Positions 15,451 through 26,000 of a stretch of 50,595 bases of DNA are shown here, piece after piece; position 1 is the first letter of the stretch; each line of letters begins with the position of its first letter. A program made the position numbers and the translations under genes. Source of the DNA: a virus (lineage: Duplodnaviria > Caudoviricetes). The stretch is taken from positions 1-50,595 of IMG/VR virus record IMGVR_UViG_3300009604_000003, one strand, 5' to 3'. The notes under the pieces are model-generated. The model saw only the letters and a list, made by a program, of their open reading frames with translations, was not told where the DNA came from and searched no databases.

Positions 15451-16325
15451 TGGCATCGTATCCACCACCCACATTTTCGCCGAGTCTTCCGGCCCCAGTG
15501 CCGTTTATAGGCCAACCCATGGTAGGTGCGCCCGACCCATCTTTAATGGGTTCTCGTGGTATAATGTCGCACCTACCTTCAACAGCATCAAGAGAGGCTT
15601 TCTCTCAATTACCGCAGGTAGCACAACGCGCTGCTCAGGCTGCGTTTACCCCCCCGCCGCCATTGGTTTTCGATGAAATACTCGGGCGATTCGGCAATCC
15701 CGGGATACCTCTTCATCGAGAAGGGGCACAGCCTATCGCCGATAGATTGTTTAGTACAACGGCTGAGTTAGACCGAGCGAAAAAAGCACAACAGATGGCA
15801 CAACAGTTGGCAACGCGCTTCCCATCGGAGTACGCACCGCACGGTTGGGCCTCCTTCGAGGATAATGTGCGATTAGGTAGGAGAGTCCCTAATGCTGCAT
15901 GGTTGGAGACTCAGGCTAGTCAGACCCCATGGAAGACACCATGGAGTGAAGACACCATTAGGTTCAAGAGAGAATTGAGCAAGGCTGGAAGACGAGCCAC
16001 ATTAGGAAGAGTGGCAGGAAGGGGCCTTGGCTACTTAGCGACTGGTGCCGGAGTAGCGAATTATCCCCTTCTAGGTTATGCCGCTGGTCAGTTCCTTGGT
16101 CAGGCCCACGAAGAACCTAGTTATCGTGTCGGAACACCTGAATTCATGGATCGGTATTGGCCAATTGAATGGGGTGCGAATCCGCCTGCTCCAAGTCCAG
16201 AAAGAACCGATATACCGAGTCAATATGATATTGATAGGGTTATGGGAGTGAACCCCGGTATGGGTCGTGAAGAAGCATATGCCTTGTGGCAGTCACGAAA
16301 CGTACTTCCGATACCTTATAGATAA
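15450..16325 (+). CDS. Hypothetical protein (P-rich)
   Basis: 291-aa ORF coupled by TAATG; last gene of the + strand block. Confidence 0.7.
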   Translation: MASYPPPTFSPSLPAPVPFIGQPMVGAPDPSLMGSRGIMSHLPSTASREAFSQLPQVAQRAAQAAFTPPPPLVFDEILGRFGNPGIPLHREGAQPIADRLFSTTAELDRAKKAQQMAQQLATRFPSEYAPHGWASFEDNVRLGRRVPNAAWLETQASQTPWKTPWSEDTIRFKRELSKAGRRATLGRVAGRGLGYLATGAGVANYPLLGYAAGQFLGQAHEEPSYRVGTPEFMDRYWPIEWGANPPAPSPERTDIPSQYDIDRVMGVNPGMGREEAYALWQSRNVLPIPYR

Positions 16326-17086
16326 GTAATCAGATCAGCGTCCCACTCACGACTCTTAAGCCTATGGTTCTTACCGGTCTTGCAGCAACCAACCACAATC
16401 CCTGCTCCCCACTGCGTCACATCCTTGCGCTTCATGTAGTTCGGTTGTGAATTACCTAGTCCTATAGATCCAGTATTTACATAGAAGTGTGGCAAGAGAA
16501 CCTTTGCGGTTCTCTTGGCTTGAGTCACTGGTATTGGTCGGTGGGTATGGCCTCTTACCGTTAATCTCCACGAGGGTGCGCCACCACAGGAATACGCCAT
16601 TTGGAGTCCTTCTAATTCATCAGAGTTTTGGCCGCAGTCGTATCCATGGTTGAAGATAACCTGCCCCAATTGGTAGCATCCCTTCTTGGATTTCTCGTAG
16701 GGAAATTGCCTCCATTTCCTGAACTCCTTGCCAAAGTCTTTGTGGTTATTCCATTGAACAAGCGAACGCAGTTCCTTGGGAATCCTGCGTGCGTCATTGG
16801 CTTGTAGATTGTCGTCGTGGTTTCCAAGCATCCAAATATACTTGGTCGTCGTTGGTAGGACAGATCTTATGTCCTCCAAGTATTCCGACGCTATTTCATA
16901 CTCATCTTCGAGAACATGGTCAACCTCATCATTGAATACGGACGCAGCAGCGGCATCAAATAGATCTCCAAGCAATACAAAGTGTGTTAAGTCTAGCCCC
17001 TCAAGAGTATCGAGAAGCCAATCCTTTATCTTTGGATCTGCGTGCGGTACATGAATACAACTAATTGCCGCGAATTGTGCGTTCAT
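16316..17086 (-). CDS. Calcineurin-like metallophosphoesterase
   Basis: SCIH (DxH variant), GDLFD, GNHD, NHG and GHTH motifs. Confidence 0.85.
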   Translation of the reverse strand: MNAQFAAISCIHVPHADPKIKDWLLDTLEGLDLTHFVLLGDLFDAAAASVFNDEVDHVLEDEYEIASEYLEDIRSVLPTTTKYIWMLGNHDDNLQANDARRIPKELRSLVQWNNHKDFGKEFRKWRQFPYEKSKKGCYQLGQVIFNHGYDCGQNSDELEGLQMAYSCGGAPSWRLTVRGHTHRPIPVTQAKRTAKVLLPHFYVNTGSIGLGNSQPNYMKRKDVTQWGAGIVVGCCKTGKNHRLKSREWDADLITYL

Positions 17087-17091
17087 AATTA

Positions 17092-20000
17092 TTAGAACTT
17101 AGGTTGCTGCGGAATATGTTGTCCGGGGACAAATCCCTCGCGCCTAAGAACCGTCATATCCTCTCTTCTAAATTGCGGATGTAGCACCTTGGGAACCCTC
17201 TGTCTCATGCCAGAATGCCACATAATCCGATACTCTTGAATAATTCTTGTTGCTATACTTTCTGCTAAAACTTCGTCGCCTTCTCTTACTGCTCTATTTA
17301 CCTGTCTTTTTAAAGCCTGAATATCCTTGTTTCTTTCCATGCTAATTCGCATCTGCAATTTTCCGATGTCTAGCGGCTGCCATCTACCCCTAACCGCTAG
17401 TTTATATAGTACACCCTCTAAGCCGTCTGTTTTCCCTGCTTGTGTTAATTGATTATAAGAACCAACCCACCCGATTTGCCTTCTTAGATACTCTCCGATT
17501 GATAACCCGCCGAGTTCTTTGTCTCCGATTAGTCGTTGATCGAAGGTTTGTATTCCCAAAGCAATTTCAATTGGTGCCTTAATTAAAGGCGAAGAAGACA
17601 TAAGGAAATAATGCATCATTTCCTTCAATCCTTCTGCGCCATAGAGTGCTTGACCGATTTCCGCGAGTTCTTGAATAGGTGTTAGTGTCCCAATCCTAAG
17701 ACCCTTGGTGGTACCGTCATCCGCGCTCATCTGTATCATGAGTTGATTGCGCTGATATCGCGGCAATATAAATGTCGGTACTTTATCTTCTTCCTTTAAT
17801 GTTTCTTCCTCTATCGCGTGTTTGATCTTCTGGAAAGAAGCGTGATATTTAGGTTTCTCGAATAGCAGTTTGAATTGAAGTGCAATGTTATTTCTCTGCC
17901 ACGCATAGAATGGAATAACTCGTCGTCCAATAGACTGTTCGAGATTGGTGAAGTCCCCGTAATCGAAGTGCGCCTTCTTCATCAACAACTGGGCTGCTTC
18001 CAGAGAATCGCCCCTGTCTCGCCTTGCCATATAAACAAGTGTTCTAAATGTATCGTCGATAGATGCATTTAGTTTGAACCACCAAGCACCAAGTGGACCT
18101 GCGGTGGCGATATTTTTAAGGAAGCCTTGTTTAACCTTTCGGGCCTGTGCATTGGGATTGGCGTAGGCCGTTCTATGAGTCATAAAGATTTCGCGCGCAA
18201 CCTGACTTCCATCCAGCGCATTAATACGAACAAGATGTTCGGCAAACTGCGTTTCGTTTAATTCTTCACCCGCAATGATATATTTTTTGGTGTCGTCGAA
18301 AGACAGTCCCGGTCCATGTGGAATGGTTTTTGCCAACCTGTTGCCGAAGTGGTATTGGCTCGCAATATGATGTGCCTTCCTGAAGTTTCTAAAGAAATCA
18401 GCGGGCGTAAGTTCTCCAACTACGATTGAGTGGATGACTCCCCCCATTATATTTACAGTGGTCCAGCCGGGGTGCATCAGGACCGTACCTTTCCAGATGG
18501 ATTGTATGTAATCAAACATACCGGCTATAGCGGATAGATTCTGGTCGTTGGTTATCTTGGTTAGATAATCTTCAACGGATGCTGCGAGATCTTCTGGATA
18601 CCAGAGATGCTTCCCCTCAGTTCCAAATAGCGCTTGTAGTGTTGCATCGTCTCTGACTTCTTTAGACAATCTTCGGTAAGAAACATTATTAATAATGATC
18701 TCCCCGCCTTCGCTAATTGATCCTACTCCAGCGCGGGGGTTTCTTACATAATCCTGAATCTCAGCATCCTTTAGGATCTTTATTTCAGGGCCAATGTAAT
18801 TCAGGAAATCATGCACTGCTTCTATGCGGTGATGTTGCTTGGCTCTGTTCCCAAGAACAAGACCTAAATCAGTTTCGAAGATTTCTCCCGCAAAACTATT
18901 GCCAGTTAAGTGTGCAAATCTGTCTCTTACACCCGGTCTATTTAGTTCATATGGGCTAGTTGGGTGTGCTTTGAACTGCCACGATTCACCTTTAATATCG
19001 CCTCCGGGCAGCCCGCCAGTTTTGCCTTCTGCAAGTAGCGCTTGGTTATATTCCGCGATATCTCCGGGCAGCATCTTCTCCGGGTTTTGTCGTAGGAATG
19101 TTCGTCTTGCTAGTTCATACGCCTCTGGCAAATTGCCATCGTTTATCTGCTGGCTAAATACATAGGACCAACCCTGACCAGTTTCATCAACCCAGTCCGG
19201 GTCATGTTCTGTTGGATACCAATGCCTGTTCGTTGCCCTATGTCTACCGGATGGCTCGTTTATCGATATCCTTCCGGTAGAAGGATTCCTTCGAACACCA
19301 AGAGCGCCCTGTTGATATGCCGCTTTTTGCGCTTCCTTGGTAAATCGTAATGGTATATAGGCAAATGCGGGGTTATACGTGCCCTGTGCGGCCCAATCCG
19401 ATTCACTTAATCCATATTGTCTATGCCTATCAACAACCTCTTGGGCTAGATCCGTGATCTGCTGATCCTTCCAGATAGCATCTCGCCCCCCATGCTTAGC
19501 CATTACGTTGTCTAGTGACTGAGGATTAGATGGATCAAATATCCAATCTGATTTATGGAATCCTCTTAGACCGTGTTTGCCGCCTTCTTGCAGTTCTATC
19601 ATCTTGGCGAGGAGGATTACATTAGCGTCCTCGATATCCATGTCGTGTCTTTTTGCTATTGTCTTTACACTTTTGTCATAGTGCCTAATAACAAGAGACT
19701 GCTTGAATCCCGGCAGGTTGCCGTGTGCGTATCTGAATCTCGATACGGCTTCACCAGATGTAGCATATCTTCTACCAACACCAGTTACGTTTCGGAATAC
19801 CCGATCAAATCTTTCCGCTACTTTAGCCGCTGAGTTTACACGGCTTTTCTTCATGGTATCCAACTTCGCGTCAATGGGTGCCCTTGCTTTACGAGCGGCA
19901 TCTCTAGCCATCTGCACTTTTTCGTTTAGATCTACAGTCGAACTGGCAAGATCTTCTATATGGTTATAGTGCCCTCTGTTCTTGGCTTCAATCCGGGCCT

Positions 20001-23000
20001 TTTTGTTGGCTTGTTTTCGATACTCTGTGGCTGATCTCTTGGATTCTATTGTTGCACCAAATGTCAGGTCGAGTGTTTGCTTTAACCTGCCTCTAATTGG
20101 CGCTTCCCTAAATGCTGCCTGACCGTATACCTCTTTCATGTATGCGGCTAAAGTTTCAAATGCTTCTTGCAATTCCGGGGTAGGTGCCTTGCCTGTTCTG
20201 ATGTTTTCCAGCACAGCATCTACAAAGGCCTCGTGCGCTTCTCTTGTCCAGTTCCCCTTAACTACTCCGAATTGTCTTTCTATACGTGCCCTTACGCCTA
20301 CCGGCATAAACTCCAATATAACGTGACCCATTTCATGCAAGAATGAAACAGCATCGGGCGCATCAAGTGCGCGAATTAGAGCGGTTCCACTCTCCAAGAA
20401 TTCAGCCGAGGCCTTAATGGTTCCGTCTCTTGTTTCGAAGAAGTAATCTCTTCCTTGTGCCGACCTTCTTCTGACATCACTACTCATTGTGAAGTACGGT
20501 CTTTGCACCATTCTGGATGCTATTTCATCCACCGCTTCTAGGCCAATTGTGTCATAAAGTCTTTGGAGATCCCTACTCTTAAGTTGACGCACAACCTGTG
20601 CGCCGGTTGGGTTAACATCTACCGTTAACCCAACAATTTTGGCAAATATATCTGCTTCCGCATCTATAACCTCCATGGTTGATGTGTCTCTCCATCGACT
20701 TGGATTCGTAAATCCAGCGTCATCTGCCTTGAGTCCCTTTCTAGTTTTATATAGAGTCACGGCCTCCTCAAAAGACATCTCATTTAGCCTTTTGGCCCAC
20801 TCATCTGAATTTTCCGCGATCCCAAGTGCCCTTAGTTGATCTTTTGCATTATCTACTTTGTTATAGAAATCCCTAACCATTTCCTCTACAAGTTTACGTG
20901 ATTCAACGGCGTCGGCCCCGGTTGATAAACCACTTATAGACTCGAAGTTTGCACCATCTAATCTTGCAAGGGCTGCTGATCTGTCTGTAGCCATGAATAT
21001 ATATGGATCGCCCATAATGTTTCCCATTATTGGGCCAGCGAATCCTCCAATCGGGCCATATTCAAGTTTTCCACCGACACTTTCTACGGCTTCTTTGAAG
21101 AATCTCGGGAGTTCTTTTTCATACCAACGTCCTGTTTGAGTTTCCAGTACATTAGTATTATTCCACCTGTTGAGTTTTATTTCGTTTGCTCGCGTGTGAC
21201 CGATTTGTTGTGTCAATTCATTGACATCCCAATCCACTCTCGTCGGGATTATTAACTCATTGACTTCTTGCTTCCCAGTTCGCTTTTGTGGACCAACTGC
21301 GCCTTTCTTTCGTGCCTTGAGTTTTAGTTTAAGGTGCGCTGTGTATCTACTCGTATCAGCCTCACTGATTCCACGAGAAGCGTTATGAACCAAATGATCC
21401 GATAAAGATGCACTATCATGCGCCTCGGGCGCTGCTCTGGCAGCCTCTTTGGTACGAACTATTTGCCATTCAACTACATTGTTTCTTCCGTGTAGCAGTC
21501 CTACCCCGTCACTGATTCCGTCTCCCTCTGTTACGGAACGCAAAAGAGGCGCGATGTTTTGTGAGTCTGCCGGTTCAGCAAGCCTTGAATCTTCTATCAA
21601 TGAAATTATGAATTTTCGCGCTCGTTTTATTGTTAATCCGGGATTTAGGTCTTTCAATTCTTTGGCTAAATCATCTACCGTTCTCGTAGGAGTTCCTGTA
21701 ATAAACTCTTGGAGCGCATCCCATTGTGTGGTTCGTGTAAGCCTATTAACAAACTTATCTCCATCCCCCATCGCACCAACCATATGTTTAGCATCGCCTA
21801 TCATGACCTTCTTAATATCACCATGTTCGTGAGCATATTTGCCTATCATTTGGCGTATTGCTGTTCTGGCCCAGTTCTTCTTTGTGGCTCCGTGGAATTC
21901 GGGAGCGAACTGCCCGCCCCATATACCTCGACCAGCGCCCTTGGCGGTTTGTTCAATGCCTTGATTAATTAGGAATGCCGAGCGTAGTTCCGGTGGCAAA
22001 TCCCCAAGCGCTTGCACTACATCTCTGGTTAGTACCCCATCAGACCTTACTATATTATCGATAGCATTTCTAGTTTTTCGTAGGGCATCGTCCTCTTTCC
22101 TCCCCAAACCTAAACGTAGAACTGTTTTTATATCTTCCCCATAATGGGCTTCCACGCTTCTAATAAAGCCCTGCAAAGCGTTTTCTGCGCCTTGCATAAC
22201 ACTACTACTCACATCATCAATTACCATAATTTTGCCGCCAATGTTGCGGTCGTGAAGTATGGAAACTTGGATTTGCCCGACATGTCCGGCCATGTCCCCC
22301 AACTGACTTTCCGATGCGTTGCGAGATACAGGCAATGCGCCTCGTGATCCAAATCCCTGACTTCTAGTATCCACGGCGAATAAGTTGTACACTTGTGTTT
22401 CGAGTACATCAGCGTTTCCAACGCTTCTTTCGGGAGAATGATCCCCATAAACCCGGCTTCCATGACGCTCGGTACTTTGTGCGTGCTTAGAGGCACTAGG
22501 AACCATCGCCTCGCTTCCCATGTCCATAATCAAGGACATGTTTCTTGCTTCTGTTTCCAAGTTCGAATATTGAATTGCTAAGCGTGTCAACCTTGGATCA
22601 TTGATATTAGCAACAGCGTGCCAGAAACTCGATGCTTCATAGATCGCTAGGTTCCCCGATCCCTCAGATGGTACTTTAGTCCCAAGAAGACGCGATCTCT
22701 TCTCACCCCCGTAGCGAGAATGACCAGCAAGATCCCCACCAAATTCGGATTGTATTTCATCCCACAATGTTGCTTTGGCTGCTTTGTTTTCTTGGTGCAT
22801 CCGATGGAAATGAGCGCCAAGTTCTTCCGGTATATGTTGGTTGTATCCATCAGATCCAACCAAGTGCATATACAAACCATCTGATGAGTTAGCATCAACC
22901 CAAGAATTCATAGCATTGTGATCAATACGTGCTTTGGTGCCTCGGGTGGGCTGAATCGGAGCATGTATAGGACTATAAGGTTCCCATGTGCCTATACTTA

Positions 23001-26000
23001 CTTCTCCGGGTCTAGTGAATCTATCTTCACCCAGTCTTTTTACAATTTTGCCACCCTCTGGTCTGACTCGTGTTCTTCTTGCAATTGCTGGATCAAGTAT
23101 CACATATGAAATACTCCCCTTATCTTCTACTGTGTTAACGTAAGGAATTACGTCGTATCCCCGATCTCGTATTTCTGCTATTTTTTCGGGGTGTTTAATG
23201 AGCCATTCGTTTACTGTAAGGTCTTCAATCATACTCCCATCTATTTCACTGTAGAATGGTCTTGTGGCCCTTATCTCAAGTTCATAAACTGCCTTGGGGA
23301 TTTGGCCTTCCCGATGTCGTTTGGAATACTTAGCGGGCTGGAGGGGCAGTCTTTCTCTAGCGGCTCTTAATGTTCCGGCGTGAAGTGGTGGTGCCTTTTT
23401 ATACGTGTACAAACGAAATTCACCCCGCACCTCATCCCCACCGTGATAAACCGTAATAGTTTGGTTTTCTGGAAATCCCGATTCAATTCTATCGAGATAA
23501 TCCAGCATCCAAGAGGCCCGTAGTTCCTCTTGGTTGGGCGGAGCAATAACATTCAACTCATCAACTAGATCCCACCCATCATCTATAAGGGCGGTTTTTT
23601 CTGCGTTGTTCAACGAACGCCAATCCTCAAAGAGAACTGAATCAGGCTCACCAGCCGCAAACGCTAGTTCCCGCTCAGCAGGGGTTCGATGGTCTCTGAC
23701 CTCAAACTCCATAAGGAAGTGTCGCCATTCCTCTACCGAGGAGTTTTTCTTCATTACACCAGAACGAACAGCAACATCCACGAGGTTTTGCACTCGCCAT
23801 CGTTGCCATATTTTCGGATGGTGAGTTAGTCTAAGTTGCTCGACGATGTTCCCGAGAAAATATAGACCCTCTGAGTTGACTCCATCTGCTCTGGAGAGTT
23901 CGTGGGCATTTCTGTAGTGGAGGCGTATCGCTTCGTGGATCCTTTCTTCCCTTTTTGCCTGCGTGGTCGCTTTCGTGGACGGGGCGAGTTTTTGTTTGGT
24001 CCCTTTTTGGGCATTTACTTTTGCTCCTTTAAATAATTTCTTGAGTTCTATCCCGTGAGCCTCGGTCCAAGGTACATCCTTATCCAAGAATAACCAAGCG
24101 ACCATTTTGCCATCTTTTTCAGCGATGTGTATATCAATACCACTAGCCTTAGCGCCGGTCCATTTCTTGAATTGATTAAGGCCAACCGCAACTGAACTCG
24201 CCCTTGTTGCTGCTGGGAAATTTCCAGCAGAAATGCGACTAAGTTCTACAATTGTCTCTGAACCATCGCCGGTAACAAAGGTGATAGCCGTGTCATGGCC
24301 GCGAAGTCCGGCCTGATGATGCGCGGTAAATGCTATTTGGTGTCCCAATACCTCTTCTGTTGTATCACCGATCCACAAGGCGGAATCCGTGTGGCCTGCG
24401 GTTCCGTGGGATATTCCCATGCTGTTGTCTACCGGTGTTACTTTCGACAATTGTTTGCCGATAAGTTTAACCGCTGTTTGGTGCCCTTCTTTTTTCGCGA
24501 GTTGCTGAGTAAGTTTCCATGCATCCCCCGCACTTGATTCAGCCTCAACCCCTCGATGTAAGTAAAACAGTCTTGTTGCATCTCCGCTTTCCGATGCAGG
24601 GATAGAGTGGAAGAATGCACCTCTGCCGGGGGTTCCGCCCTTAACGACATTGATCTTTGTTGACAAGAATTCGGTGGGTGTCAACCCAAATCTGGGAGCA
24701 AGAGAGGTAGCCATGGCATCTACTAGATATGACAGAGCCTTTGCCACCTTTGCTGGGACATTGAACTTTACTTTTATGTTGTCAACGAATTCGGTTGCAC
24801 CGGGTCGTGGCTTGTAGTCCTCGGGTATGAGGGCTTCCATCCTCTTCGTAATCTCATCGATTTTCTTTTGGTTCCCAAGAATCACGTTGGCTTGAAGACG
24901 AACTATTTCGTTTGTATTGGATCTCGTAACCTGACCAATTTGTTGTTCTACCAACTTCCTTTCATGTTCAATGGCGTTTACCGATGCTTCCATCGTGTGC
25001 ATCTTTTCGTTCCACCCACGGAACATTCGGCCAAACCCACCCGGCCCAATGTACATGTCGAGGGCTTGCGCCATCTCGTTGCCCCGAACACTATCCACCG
25101 CATCAAGAATGGCTGACGATTGCGGGGAAAGAAGGGATTGGATTTCTCGTGTAGTTAACTCTTCTCTTTGCAAAAGAGACTTGAGTTCTTTTTCTGTCTT
25201 TGTTATTACCTGTTGAAATTCAGCCAGCCCCTCTGCCACTTCTGCTGGTACTTGCTGCAACTCACCAGCCGCGCCCTCTAGCGCAGGAAGTGTGTTTTTT
25301 AGTTCCGACTCCGCGACCTTGGCTGATTGCAGTTTGTTAGTTGCCTTCTCAATAGCCGATAAATGCACGGCATTTCTTTCGTGCAATTCGACGAGTTCTG
25401 CCAAGGAGTCCCGCCTTCTGGTTTTACTTTGTTGTTTAAGAAAAACCTCCAAACTCGGCTCATCAAATCCTGACGTTATATCCGCATCTGGTTTCCACTT
25501 GATCCTTTTACCGTCCTCCATGAGTATGCCGTCTTTGAGATATTTGTATTCATCAGCAGTTAGATCTACTACCTTTACCCTGAATCCAACTTGCGGCGCT
25601 GTCTGGTAATCGGAAATTCCATTTCCATTGCGGGGTGCCCATTCGATTTTGTTAGCCAACTTCTCGTTGCCCATGGCTTTTCGAAGAGCGTTTTGATATT
25701 CAACAACAGCCTCTCCCTCCCTCTTGAATATCGGAGCGACGAGTTCAACTGTTTTATAAGCACCCATCTTGCCGAGCAACCCAGCCTTATATGCTTTTAG
25801 AACTGCTCTATCAGCATTTACAAACGCCTCATAAGCGGTCCTTGCCTCCATGCCCTTTGAGCCTGTTGCACCCGGCACTCTCTTAAACTTGGATAATCCG
25901 CGAAGGGCTTTGTACTGCCGTGCAGTAGCCCCGAACTTAAACGGGACAGGCATATTGGTAAGTATGTTCCTGTATCCAATCCTTCTCCACAGGAGTGGTG

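Noticed and set aside
21490-21530. Giant protein as an N4-like virion RNA polymerase
   Set aside because: Only a loose EGDGISDG resemblance; no supporting motifs B/C seen, so not called
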